Notes under the pieces: model-generated
Databases searched by the model: none
Told to the model about the DNA's origin: nothing
What the model saw: only the letters and a program-made list of their open reading frames with translations
Source of the DNA: Selaginella moellendorffii
Lineage: Eukaryota; Plantae; Lycopodiophyta
Direction: 5' to 3'
Length of the DNA: 64,000 bases
Assembly (NCBI RefSeq): GCF_000143415.4
Contig: NW_003314263.1
Location: forward strand, 223,114-287,113
Made by a program: the position numbers and the translations under genes
In this document: positions 49,169-61,539 of the stretch, one piece after another
Layout of the letters: every line of letters starts with the position of its first letter
Numbering within the stretch: the first letter of the stretch is position 1

Positions 49169-50001
49169 ATGGCTCAAAGTCGTCTGGTGCTAGCGACCTG
49201 GATTTGCACTGTTCTTTTGAATGCCTCAAGTAAGCTTCCAGCTCCTACAACTTGGAACTTTCTAAATGCTGAAAGCCGCAGGATCTTTTGGGATAAACTT
49301 TCGTCTATACAATGGATGCCCGTTCACGGTCTGGCCTGGATGGCTCAACAACGGCGATAGCCCGGCTCTTGGAAATGGTGGCACGCAGCTAGAACCTTAC
49401 ACTTTTATAGACTTGGGAACTCCAACATCGGACTGGGGTGGCCGGTTCTGGGGCCGCAGGGGTTGCGACTTTCAAGGTCTGTCCTCAAGATATTTAATTC
49501 TTTGATCTTTGATTTGTGGTTCCTGTAGGCAGCGGATGCAGCACTGGGGATTGTAACAAGCAGCTCTATTGCCAAGGCATAGGAGGAGCTCCCCCCTACA
49601 GCATTGCCGAGTTTAAACTTGGTGGCGCCCCCAACACCGGCTTGGACTTCTACGACGTCTCTCTGGTTGATGGCTATAATCTGCCCATCCGGATCACTCC
49701 CAGTAAGTCCGGCTGCCCCTTCACGGGTTGCCTGAGGGACGTGATTCCGTGGTGCCCGTCCGAGCTCCAAGTTCACGATTATTCCGGAGTCGTGGGCTGC
49801 AAGAGTGCGTGCCTGGCGTTTGGCACGCCACCTTTTTGTTGCACGGGGGACTACTCCACTCCCCAGACCTGCAAACCCTCGTCCTACTCGAAAATTTTCA
49901 AGGACATTTGCCCGCTCGCGTATAGCTACGCTTACGATGACCCAAGCAGCACGTTTACTTGTTCCAATGGTGGTGACTATACGATCACTTTCTGTCCATA
50001 G
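49169..50001 (+). CDS. Thaumatin-like protein (PR-5), 3 exons: 49169-49229, 49282-49476, 49529-50001
   Basis: NGCPFTVWPG, WGGRFWGRRGC, CSTGDC, AEF, DFYDVSLVDGYNLP, CKSACLAF, YSKIFKDICPLAYSYAYDD, YTITFCP. GT-AG introns keep the frame. Confidence 0.96.
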
Positions 50002-50148
50002 AATGTTCCAGTTTTGAGAAAAACCATAAAAAAAAAGAGCGAAACCATACATTTTTATTGGGCTGCTAAAGTAATTAGAGGTTCTGAAGCTAGTAACTCA
50101 TAAATAAATGTGGAACAAAACTCTAAGGCTTTGTAACTGACTGATGAG

Positions 50149-50592
50149 ATGATGAAGATGAATTATCTTGCTTTTCCTATAGTGTTTGTGATTTGCTCTG
50201 TTTTTGTGTTTCCAACTTCAATGGTTGATGCTACTGCTATAACACCTTCTGGTCGTATTGTTGATGGCAAAGTGTATTGCATAGCTAATCCTACTATTCC
50301 ACCTGATATGCTACAGCGGGGTTTAGATTATGCGTGCTCTCAAGTTGATTGTTCTGCGATTCAGTTTGATGGTCCTTGCTCTTATCCTAATAGCATCTAT
50401 TCGCATGCATCGTGGGCATATAACCTTTATTTCCAAATGAAAGCTCGCTATGATTATAATTGCTACTTTGACAACACTGCATTGATCTCTTCCACTGATC
50501 CGAGTAGGATTTATTTTTATTTCTGTAATTATTCTTGTTCAAAAATTGATTACTTTTCAGGCTTTGGGAGTTGCAACTATTTATTTAAATGA
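50149..50592 (+). CDS. Secreted X8 (CBM43) beta-1,3-glucan-binding domain protein
   Basis: Signal peptide; YCIAN...LQRGLDYAC..VDCSAIQ..GPC...HASWAYNLYFQ...CYFDNTA...TDPS. Short intron before GFGSC. Confidence 0.9.
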   Translation: MMKMNYLAFPIVFVICSVFVFPTSMVDATAITPSGRIVDGKVYCIANPTIPPDMLQRGLDYACSQVDCSAIQFDGPCSYPNSIYSHASWAYNLYFQMKARYDYNCYFDNTALISSTDPSRIYFYFCNYSCSKIDYFSGFGSCNYLFK

Positions 50593-50926
50593 AGAAAATT
50601 AATTTTTATGTAATAATTATAATAATTGTAACTTTTAATTTGAATTTTAATACTAATTTGGAATTTAAACGTAATTGTGTGCGAATATTCATGACGCCGT
50701 TGATCATACAAATTGATCCTGACCGTTCGAGTCCGTTGGGCAAAATTAGGGTTCTTCATCTCCCCGAATGCCGTCCAGGAAGAAGAGGCGCCGCCCGTGG
50801 AGCCGGATCGAAAGCGCAGTTGGAGTAATGCAGGTAATCTAGGCAGTTCCTAGCGATCGCTAGCTGCGGCACAGGCCGGAATTGGGCAGGGGTGAAGATA
50901 TGCATACTGTTCTACACAGCAGGGAA

Positions 50927-51958
50927 ATGGATCTTGATTGCCAGCGCGTGGACGCTGCGGCGGCAGCTGCGGCATTGAGCTGGGCGAACGAGGTAGCGCT
51001 CCTCGGCGATAGGGATCAATCAGAAGGATTGGACGATGGCGTGGGACACGACAATATTCTCATGGACCAGCACGCCTCGATGCAAGGCTTTTCTTTGATG
51101 ATGATGGCCGCGGAGAATGGCCAGAGTTTCCATCCCATGATCCTGATGGGCCAGGAATCTACGCCGCCTCCACAGCCGCCGCCGCCTCCTCCACAGCCGC
51201 CGGTTAGAACTCCGTCCACTGTGCTCTCTCTCCAGACCATGCCTCCAAACGAGGAGAATTCTTCCAAGGCCGTGACGAAGAAGAGGGGGAGGCAAAAGGG
51301 CCCCGGGAAGCCAAAGTCACACTACGTCAAGGAGAGGGACTCTTCTTTCCAGCTCGTCTTGAAGCTCCCGCTTAAGTCGCGAAAGCTCTTTTGCGTGGCC
51401 GAGTTTTACAAGTACATGGCGCAGTCCTCCTCGGATTCTCTGTGTAAGGTAAAGTTCTCTCGATCGGTTCTTTAGTCCTTCGGATTTTCGTTTGCTCTTT
51501 GGACACTGCTCTGTGGCCTTTGTTTTGTTTGTCGAGAAGAGCTAATAGCGTCTTTAGTTTGACAGGTAACCGAGGCATACGCAAAGGCTGGTGAATCCGT
51601 CGGCGTGTCTGGAAAAACTGCGAGGAAATGGGTGGAGGACTGGGAGAGGCGAGCCGACGGTACATTCTCGGAGTCACAGCAGGTTTGTAGAGATTGTTTC
51701 TTTTTCATTTGTCATTTGTAAAAAATCCTCCTTTTCATTGATTCACGCAGGGAAAGCACGTCAAAGTCGAGTGGCTGCTACAACCGGAGCACTTGCAAAG
51801 CAAAGCTCGGGCATGGATAGAGCAAAACTGTCCAAAGAAAGGCGAGCCTCCTCGCAAGGACTCCATCATCAAGATGTTTCGCGACTTTTGTAACAACGAT
51901 CTCCTCCTTGACGTCCAGGTGAGAAGAGTTACACACTTCTAAAACCTCATCTCTTTTT

Positions 51959-51999
<41 letters not shown>

Positions 52000-52147
52000 G
52001 GCTGGAGATCTAGCAGCTGACTCCCTCATGGGCATGACTAGCCATAGAAAAATCTCCACCGAGACGGCCAGGTCTTGGCTCCACAGGCTCGGTTTTAACA
52101 ACTTCAAGGACTTTAGAAAATCATCGACCAAGTCTCTATCAACGTGA
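50927..52147 (+). CDS. Four-exon gene encoding a transposase-derived helix-turn-helix protein without a DDE domain
   Basis: Exons 50927-51448, 51566-51682, 51751-51918 and 52001-52147, all phase-0 GT-AG, giving about 317 aa. Pro-rich region, basic KKRGRQKGPGK, then GVSGKTARKWVEDWE...FSESQQGKHVKVEWLL...ISTETARSWLHRLGF. Confidence 0.75.
51964..51996. repeat. (CT)n microsatellite in an intron polypyrimidine tract
   Basis: Direct observation. Confidence 0.9.
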
Positions 52148-52317
52148 AAATGGTGTAAATAGTAGTAAAACTTGTAACCATAGCTTTGAAAAGTTTGCTC
52201 GAATCAATCAAACGAATTCTTATTTTGTCCAATATGTATCTTACAAAACTTCAAGAGTGTCTTTGTAGCACTTATTTCTAGCTCCGGAAAAACAATCGAT
52301 CTATCCGTTTTCTTCGA

Positions 52318-54042
52318 TCATGGAAGTGGAACTATAACTTCCTTGCGGTCAGGGCCATACGCCTGCAAACAAGAAGAAAATTCGCAGCAATCAACTGTGA
52401 AGAAAGCTACAAATCTTCGTCTTACCAATTGCTTCAGTCCCTTGACGTGAACGTGCGTAAACAGCTCGTGAGTTTCGGGCTGACCGCCCTCCTGCAAAAA
52501 TCGTGCCCGAAAGATTTTTAGAATCCAAGGGTTTCACTCGACTTGAGAAGAGAAAGTCCTACCTTGGCTTGATTAACGGCCTCGTCCACTTCTGCCTTGG
52601 CTTGCTTCTCCAAGTTCTGTAAAGACCAAGTTGAGAGAAATCTCTGCCAATAGCGCACACAGCGCACTCACCTTCAAATCGGCTACAGTCACGATCTCTT
52701 TCGCCAAAAGAAGCTTTCTTACTCTTTCAATCGGGTCTCGCTCCTGGCAGTGGCAGCAAATTATTGTTTTAAAAGTGCAGTGTGCAAACGATAATGACTC
52801 CAAGTTACCTGTCTCACGCCGGAAATCTCTTCCCTTGTCCGATATGTACTCCCGGGATCAGACATGGAGTGCCCATGATAACGATAAGTATCCATTTCCA
52901 ACACCTGTAACGTTCCCATCCCCCGTGAGGAGTAAAGCCAAAAGATATAAAAACTAGATAAGCTTACGATGGGGCCTTTTGTCAAAGCGTGCTCCTTTGC
53001 GAATCGGACGCCCTGCTTGACTGCTAAAACGTCCATTCCATCAATCTAAGAGACAACCACCAAAGTAACAGTTGAAAGAAAAAGAAGGAGACGATCATTG
53101 TAGTTTTGGAGCACAACTTGTACCTTAAGACCCGGGACATAATCTCCACGTTTGTAGTATTCTGGAGATTTTGCTGAGCGCCACTCGGCCGTCCCCATTC
53201 CATCTACACGACAAAAATTCCACACAATCAAAACGAGGAAGAACTCGCACAAGTCAGCTCATAACAAAGAGCAAAAGGAAAAACTCACAGTGATTGTTCT
53301 CGCAGACGAAGATCACCGGCAAGTCCCACAGCGCTGATATGTTCATGGCCTCAAAGAGTTGTCCCTGGTTGGCAGCTCCATCCCCATACAAAGCCAGCGA
53401 CACCGCGTTCTGCTTGTTATACTTTTGCGCGAAAGCTAGCCCAGCTCCCAGCGCGGTCTGTGCTCCAACAATCCCGTTCCCTCCATAGAAATTCCCCTCC
53501 TTGTTGTACATATGCATCGATCCACCTTTCCCGAGCGAGCACCCACTTTTTCTCCCCATGAGCTCCGCCATCACCTCCAGCACCGTGCCACCTCGCCCAA
53601 TATGCGTGCAGTGGTCCCTGTAAGCAGTGATGATGGCGTCCTCCTTGGTGAGCGCCGCCTCCATTCCCACGCACACCGCCTCCTGCCCGTCGTAGAGATG
53701 GCAAAACCCGCGAATAAACTTCGCCTTGTAGAGCGAGTCCGCCGCAATCTCCATCCTTCTCATCACATACATCACCTTGAAGAAATCCACGAGCTCCTTG
53801 GCCGAGGTCTCCACGCGCTGCTCCGGCGGATCGCACCGGTGCCCCGCGTACGGCACTGGAATATCGACCACGAAGGGCGTGGTGTCGTCCGGCGCCGCCG
53901 CGAAGCCCCTGGACGAGGACTGGCGACTCAATGCCGACGACGCGAGGCGGAGTAGCGCTTGCGGCGCCGCGGCACTGGAGGACGACGAAGAACACGCCGA
54001 GGAGAGGAGCCGCTGCCGCCATCGCGCCATCGCCATCGCCAT
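52318..54042 (-). CDS. PDHA: Mitochondrial pyruvate dehydrogenase E1 alpha subunit (multi-exon)
   Basis: [53 protein letters not shown], and a transit peptide. Confidence 0.97.
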
Positions 54043-54321
54043 TCTCCTCCTTCCTCTTTCTCCCTAACCCTAATGCGCTACCTCCCGGGGTTTAGCTTAA
54101 CCCACTTTAGTTTAAGTTTAGCCACAAACCACGTCAAAATAACGCACCGCTATGGCCGTACGGCTCGTGCGGATTGCCGTACAGATACATCCATAAACCA
54201 CGTACGACCATACTTGCCGTACTCACCTTTTATTCTTTTACAAATAGACCAAAAAGACGAAGAGAAAGAAAGCTTTTCTTCCCAAATGGCGGGTGTTCTT
54301 GCGGATCGAGTGGAAGTCTTC

Positions 54322-55335
54322 TCACGCGACTGGTGGTCTGAGGACGTGATCTTGCGAGGTGTCCACCACCGCCGGCGGCATCCACTGCCACATTGCCATG
54401 CCGGGGAATCCTGGCAATGGCCCCGCGGCGGATGCTCCGCCAGTCTTGGTGGAAGCCGCCTGGATCTGTGCGTGGAAGGCCGCGGCGGCGGCGGCGGCGT
54501 GGTGAGCGTGGAGCGCCGCCGCCGGGTGTGGCATGAAGCTCGGAGGCATCGCCATCGTCTTGAGCTGCTGCTCCAGTCGGTCCTTCTCGGACTTGAGCCT
54601 CATCTTCTCCTCTCTGAGCTCGTTCTTCTCGGCCTGGATGGACGATCGAAGAGGAGAGTTTTTAGAGCTGGGAAGCTTGAGAGAGCTTGGAACTTACCTT
54701 GAGTTCTTTGATCCCGTCCCGGAGCTGCTCGTTTGATTCTTTGAGCTGCTGGGCTTCCGCGCGGAGCTGCGTGATGACACGCACCGCGTCGCTGAGGATC
54801 GTTGCCTTGTCCGACTTTGGAGGCCTTCCGGGCTCCAATGCGGCACTCAGCTCTACAAACCTGTGAAAAAAAGGAAACAAAGTTCGCGAAAGAGCTTTAG
54901 AACTTGGAAGAACAAAGTTGGCAAACCTGTCATTGAGACGGTCCCTTCGCATTTTCTCCCGGCAAGCTTTGTTCCCTGGAGCACCGCACGACTCTTCACG
55001 GGACCTGGAAACAATCTCTCGTAAACCATCAAAGATCTACCAAGGAAAAGTCGCATTGAATCGAGAAGAAGAAAGCTCACCTTTTCTTTGGACATGTCTT
55101 CTCGAATTCATCCGAATCCACTTTGGAGGAGTCATTCTCGACGCTGCAAGAACAGTAGAAAGATTTCCAATCAATCCCAAAGGAAAAAATTAGAAAGCTT
55201 GTTAACTTACCAGCAATCCACTGGATCGCAAGAAGGTTGTGAGCCCCAAAAGAGGGCACTGGAATTCTGTGACTCCTCGTCTAGAAAAGTATCCGACAGA
55301 AAAGCCATCCATTTCTGGCTTTGCGGCGAGGACAT
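54322..55335 (-). CDS. ILR3: bHLH subgroup IVc transcription factor (ILR3/bHLH105-like, iron homeostasis)
   Basis: Start MSSPQSQKWMAFL; KACREKMRRDRLNDRF, ELSAALEPGRPPKSDKATILSDA, leucine zipper, C-terminal MAMWQWMPPAVVDTSQDHVLRPPVA*. Confidence 0.93.
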
Positions 55336-56021
55336 TGCCAAAATACCCTACACCCGGCCACGCCGCGGCCAAGCCCCAATCCACACTCGGCACGGCGAAA
55401 TCTCCCACACTCCCTCCCAGATCCAAGCACAGACCTCGAAATTCCCAAAATTCTCAGAATGCCGAGCCCGCCGGCTCATCCACCACCCGCGCCGCCGCCC
55501 AGCTCGAAAATCCGCCGCCGCCGCCCTTGAATCCCCTCGATTCCACGCAAGAACAGTGCCGCAAAGCTCTGGCTATGGCGCTCAATCACCAATCGCGGAA
55601 AGGGTGAACCTCCACACCACGCAGCCGCCAAAAGAGTAAACGGTATATTCCACCAGGGTGAAATATTCCCGGCCATAGATAAGGCGACTCGTGGCCCGCA
55701 CACTTAAAATTTTTAAAGGTAAACAAAGCGATTTTCGTACCCTAAGATCAAGCGTTCCGTATCAACAGAGAATAGACACAGAATAATCATTGACCGTACC
55801 AAATTCACGGAGAATATACGCCGCATAATCATTGAATGAAAGAATTTTAGGATGGAACATATATTGATACAGTGGACGGGAGGAGAATGCCTCGCGGTCC
55901 AAGCTTACAAAAAAAAAACTTCCTCACTCTTCTCTTGAGCTTTTTCGCTTGCCTTCTACGTGTGTTCTTCCCTGTAAAACCAACTTGGATCGCTCGCTGG
56001 CTCGATTAAAGAAGATCTCGT

Positions 56022-59000
56022 CTAGCAGCAGCAGTAGCAACAGTGGCACCGGTTGCACAGGCACTGCCGCTGGTGCTGCTGGAGCTGCTGGTGGAGCTGC
56101 TGTTGATCCGAAAACTGGGCCAAAATCCGGGCGTGAAGAGGGTCACTGCCGCTGCTGCTAGACCAATTCGCTGGAAACTGCATCAAGAACTGCTGCTGCG
56201 GCTGCTGCTGTTGTTCTTGCTGCTGATCTTTCGGGTGTTGGTGCTGCTGCTGCTGGCTTTGCTGCTGCTGAGAGGACTGGCAGAAACCAGCCACGAAAGA
56301 TGGTTTCATCACCTCCCCCTTCCAAAGATCCAGGGGCTCTCTCGTCGCCGCAAGCTGCTGCCAGTCCACCACACCATCCGGCAGCTTCGAGGCCGCCTCA
56401 GGCAAGGCACCTGAGAAGCCCCCGTTTTGATCCAGCCTGTAGATCCCGCCGCCGCTGCTCACGGCGGCCAGACTCCTACATCTCGCGGCAAACTCTCTAT
56501 CCTGGGCTTCTGTGGTAACTTTCACACTCTTAGTCGATCGGCCCCAAGGAATGAAATAGCAGTGGCAACTTACCAGCTGAGCCCGAGCACCAGCTCTCGC
56601 CGAGCAAAAACGGAACGCCCCTAGAAGTCGAGTCACAAGGCTCCGGCTTTGCTGCTGTTGTTGCTGTTAGTGACATTGTTGGTGGATGGGAGAGGAGCGA
56701 CTGTCCAAAGAGCTTCACGTCGCTGCTCCGGCTCAGCGGTGTCTTGGACATCGTCTCGCCCGCTTGGACGCCGGGGGTGGCAATAGTAGCAGTCGGCTCG
56801 GTCGTGATCTCCGAGTTGATGGAGGCGGAGGCGGTGGCGGCGGGGGTGATGGCGGCGGGGGTGGAGCTTCTAGCTTGCACCGTGTTCGAGGCATTCGAGG
56901 GGAAGCTGCCTCCATCTGGGGAAGTTACCGAGGCCAGCTGCTGTGTCGTTGTTGCACTCATCTCTTGAGCCAGCTGATGCTGTTCAACAATCCGGTCAAG
57001 CTTTAGGCGTTTCCGAGCTTTGCTGTAAAATGTCTTGCACTGACCTTCGTTCTTTGAGCGAACGTGCACCGCTATGCTCTTGAAATCCTTCCCGAAGAGT
57101 AACACCGCATCCAGAAACAGCTCCCTCTCCGTATCTGTCCATTCCGACTCCGCCTCCTCAACCTGTTCCCGTCTACTCCGAGAGCTACGCACCCCCTTCT
57201 GCTTGATGGAGTGCTCCTCCCGCAGCAGCGCCCTCTCACACGGACCCCTCAGTGGTGTCAGCGGCGCATCACTGCTCAGGCTGCAAACTCCCGTCACAAT
57301 GCTCGAGACGTTACCCGAGCTCGTCTCCTTCCCTGGCGTAACTTTGGCCACCGCGGACGCTGCGTTGTAATCCCGGAGCCTGCCACTTGCCGCCGGGGTT
57401 GTCGTCGCCAAATAGCTTGCCCGAGAGTGACGCTTCTTCAGCTGCTGCTTCTTACGTAGCTTCTGAAACTCCTCCGTCTTCTGGTTCCGGTAGTAGAACT
57501 CCACACAGTCACCCGTCGTCTTGTGCTGCAGGAACGACGCGATCTTGGCAAAGTTCTTGTAGAACAAAGCAAACTTATCCAAGAAGAGCTTCTTCTCCTC
57601 GGGTGTCCAGGGGTTGATGCTTTTCCTCTCCTGCTCGAACTCAATGGGATCTTCCACCCGCCGGTTTGACTGCACGATATACTGCGCACTCCTCTCCCCT
57701 TGGCACAAAATCATCGATGGCATGCGTTCTGTTTCTCTATACTGACGCACGGGCTCCGAAACCACCCGCAACCACTGTTGATCTGCAGAAGGAAAGCGTT
57801 TGAGCATAATGAAAGAGGGAAAAACAAATCATCTTACCATCTGGAAGTCGCAGTTTTTGAGGCAGCCGCTGAGTAAAACCATTCCTGCCATCAGTAGCAG
57901 CATCACCCTTCCGTGTCCCATATCTGTCCCTCAACAATCTGTACTTGAGAACAAGCGACCGCTCCTTAAATCTCTGAAGATTTTTCTTGTTAAGCATCTT
58001 CTCCAGTATCCGATCTTTATTCAGCCTGTGTAACTCTTCGTTACGTATCCAAACTTCTGTTTCCTGTGGACTGCTGTAAACCTTCCTCCCACGCACAAAT
58101 CCTTGAGGAAGTATGTGCCCAAAATCTTCTAAACATCGGTCAGTAATAACTTCAGGAAGTTCACCTGGTAAATTACCCGATTGAGACTCCGGCTGATCCT
58201 CCGGCTGCTGAGCAGCATCCACCATAACGACATCCGTGTCGGAATTCCTCTCCTCCGGTATTTCCACAGCAGTCTCCGTCTCTTTTGTCGAACATGGTTG
58301 CTTTTCTAGATCAGGTTGAACAGGCTGTGGCGCATCCGTCTGGACCGCAAGACTTGCCAGCTCCTTCTCGATGGACTCTATCTCAAGCTCAACCTGTTCC
58401 ACCTGAAGTAGCACCGCTTCTTTGGACAGCCGAGGCTCTTCCTCCTGCTGCTGGAGGGTCTGTGCGGGCGGATCGTGAGTCTCTTCTGCCTCTCTCGGTT
58501 GCGGTGACAGCGCACACTCTTCATTACCTCTCGCAAAAGGTATAGAAGGAGATCTCGGTGTAGTCAGGGGTATGGAAGGAGACCTCGGTGCTGCCGTCGC
58601 CATGGTCTCACAAGTTAGAATGATGGGATGGTCAGTACCGCACACCACCTTGTCACTGACGCCGCTGGGCGCAGGAGTGGGAGTATGCTCTCTCGACGGC
58701 GTGAGATCTCTGTCCGAAGAAGGCAAACCTGCAAAGCAGAGAAGAAATCACTTATAACGAACACCGAACGAACGAAATATCACTTACTTCCATTCGCGTC
58801 TCCCTTGCTCTCGAAACCCCGTGCGTGTTCCTGCTCAGCGCATCCGTTACTCGTCGCAGGGGCTGGCTCCTCCTCGTGGGACCTGGCTCTGCTGGTGTTC
58901 TTCTGCTCGTATCTCGCAAGACCTTCCCCCCACTTGAGGCGAGTCTTCTTCGGAGGAGACGATGGTGGCAGAGGTACCCTCTCCTCTTGTAGCAGCGAGG

Positions 59001-59887
59001 CCGGCACCGAGAAGCCCCCCCGCTGGTGCTGCGACTGCTGGAACCTCGGCGAAACGAACGGATCCAAGACCTCCTCCGTCGGGAGCTCTCGAATCCGCCC
59101 ATCCGGGTCCCGGGAAGCACCATATCTGTCCAGCCGCCCCTCGAGCTCCCGCTCTGGAGCATCGCTCCACCCAAATCTCGAGACGCCGCCGCTGCCGCCA
59201 CCATTTCTTCTGTCCAACACATCCGGGCTGCTGGAGAACCTCTCCCGCGTCGTCGCGTGATGCTCTCGCTCGCCCCTGCTGTGAACATCCCAGCCATAGC
59301 GAGAGCCCCTGTGGCCGTCGCCGGGGTGCGCGTCGTAGACCACCGAATTGTAAGGATGGAGCGGCTGCGCGGGGCTGGGCGACGAAGAAACCAGGCGCTC
59401 GCAGTCCCTCTCCCGGAAGAAATCGTCCTCGCCTCCGCCATCTCTGAGACCGTTCCTTCCCGAGCTGCTCGAGCCGGGGCAGTGGGTCATCCCCCCACCG
59501 GGAAGAACATAGCGCTCCGGCTTGTGACCGAAGCCCGTGAAACCACTCGGCGCCGAGGAAAACATGGGCTGGTTCTCTGACGCGCGGCTGCTGCTGTGCT
59601 CCCGGAATCTCCCGTTCTCGCCAGAGAATCCATGCCGCCCTGGAAACAACCACGGTGATCAGTTTCGGCGCTAAGGCAAAAATAGAGGAGAGAAAGCTAA
59701 AAGTACCAGATGGACGCCGCTTGCTGGGAGGATCATAAGATCCGCCATTCGAGGAGCTCAGAGCTGGGGACCTCTCGAACACCGCGACGCGCTGCCAGTC
59801 TCTCTTGCCCAGGAACCTATCATTTCTTTCGTACCTCACTTCTCTAGTATGCATCGGCTTGCTACGAGGAGCGTAATCCGTCGGCAT
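56022..59887 (-). CDS. PWR: Two-SANT-domain NCoR-like co-repressor (POWERDRESS-like), multi-exon
   Basis: KKTRLKWGEGLARYE, SKEAVLLQVEQVELEIESIEKEL, SANT1 INPWTPEEKKLF...HKTTGDCVEFYY, SANT2 WTDTERELF...QCKTFYSKARKRL, DVKLFGQSL; poly-Q tail. The 3' end is approximate. Confidence 0.88.
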
Positions 59888-60000
59888 TGAGCAGCAGCGC
59901 CTTGTAACATTGGCCAAGAACGAGCGCCCCAAGAGATCATAGAGAGCAAAAAAGAGAGAGGAAAGATAGAGAGAGAGAGAGAGCTATGGAAGAACGAGGA

Positions 60001-60009
60001 AACCCTAAG
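60001..60009. promoter_or_regulatory. Telo-box AAACCCTAA upstream of the PWR-like gene (another at 21625-21633, upstream of ferredoxin)
   Basis: Exact motif in the promoter or 5' leader position of housekeeping genes. Confidence 0.5.
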
Positions 60010-61539
60010 AAAAAAGGAGAAGAAGTGGGAAGAAGAAGATAGAAGCGCTACACTGCCTTTAGCTTAGCCCCCTCCTCGTCTTGCTCGTCCATCCCTCGGA
60101 CGATTTCAGCGATTCCGGCCTCCGCGCGAGCTCGCGCAGGGGAGCGCCATGGCTCTTTCCGATGCCGCTGCTACCGCCGCTGCCACTGCCTGCATGAAGA
60201 ACACCGCATCTTTTCACAGAACCAAACCCTACTCGCGGAGCCTCCGGGAAATCGACTGCTGCGACGGCCCTAGATCCCCACATCCGAGCGCCTCTCGCTC
60301 TTCCTGCGAGAAAATTTCCTCTCTCTCAGGGCGCCACACACTTTACCGCCGCAGACGCCATAGCTAGGGCAAACAAAGGCAACCCAACCAAACTAAACGA
60401 CACCCATACTAAAGGGGAAGAAGATGAAAACCCCATCTTTACCGCCGGTGAAAACGAAAAAATTTCCAACCGGGCGGCTCCCGGATTAAAACTGCGCGGT
60501 TCCGCTAGGGCAACGCCTCGCCCAACCAGCGCACGCCGCGTGGCAGGAGATAAGACGCAGCTTTTCTCGGTAGATATTCCGGCCGCCTGCGACACGTGGC
60601 AGGCAGTCACTGGGCCGCGTCCCGGGCCCCGCGAGGACTTGGACTTTATGGCAGCCACTGGCATCGTGACGCGTGGACAGGAGGGCTGCGTGCACATGTG
60701 GTCCATGAACGCCCGCTCAGTCATAGCCATGTATATCATTCAAGGTCTGGCCTTCCCGCCTGGGATGGTGCCAGGGTTCGAATCCCTGTAAAAGTCCTGC
60801 CCCAAATGTTTTACTCTGGTTATTTTTTTACGGCTACTGGATCAATCCGGATGATCGAGGAGAAGACCCCAAAATCTGTGTGTGATCCGGCTGAGAGGAG
60901 AGACCCCAATTTCCCTGTTCTTCTTGTCCTTTCCATGGTGGAAAGCTCGAGGATTTCTCAAGACCCCCTTGCTTGTTTTGGATCTAGGAGAACAAGGAGA
61001 AAGAGACCTTACCCGGAGCGCTTTCATCGCGAACCCTTGCGCGATACGAAAGACAGGGGTGAGTGAGATAGGGCTTCTTTTTTTCTTTCCTTTGGAGCTC
61101 TGGCCGCCATAGCTAACGGCGATTTGGCAAAGAAGGGAGTATGGTCAGTCACGTAACTAAAGGCAGACCGCATCTTTCCCGCCTTTGTCGCCAGCGGGCA
61201 CGGGCAGCCTTTGCTGCCCCTGCCCGGCTGCCCGGCTGCCCGCTGCCCGCTACGCGGGCCCCACCCCACAGGCTGCACTGCCCCTTCCGCGAGCTTTCCT
61301 GCACGACACGTGTTTCCAGATCTTTTATTGGCCCAGGGGTGAATGACTACATTTTTCTAGCCCTAAGATAGGTAGAAAAGAACTCCAAAACGAGCGCGGC
61401 ACGGCATTTGCTCTCCTCCTCAAACAAAACAAGCCATTGTTTCTTCGCATTCGCATCTAATCCTAATTGACCGTCAACGCGGACGGCCTCAAACGAAAAC
61501 CGTCCGATGGCCTTGAACGACAACCGTCCGATGTGGCCG

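Noticed and set aside
50768-50833. Upstream ATG exon (MPSRKKRRR...) as first coding exon of the HTH gene
   Set aside because: Splicing to the nearby acceptors puts it out of frame with the main ORF, so it is treated as leader or uORF.
60711-60795. B-box CAGGGTTCGAATCCCTG hairpin
   Set aside because: Perfect T-arm, but no recognisable A-box or acceptor stem, so a tRNA cannot be called without tRNAscan-SE.
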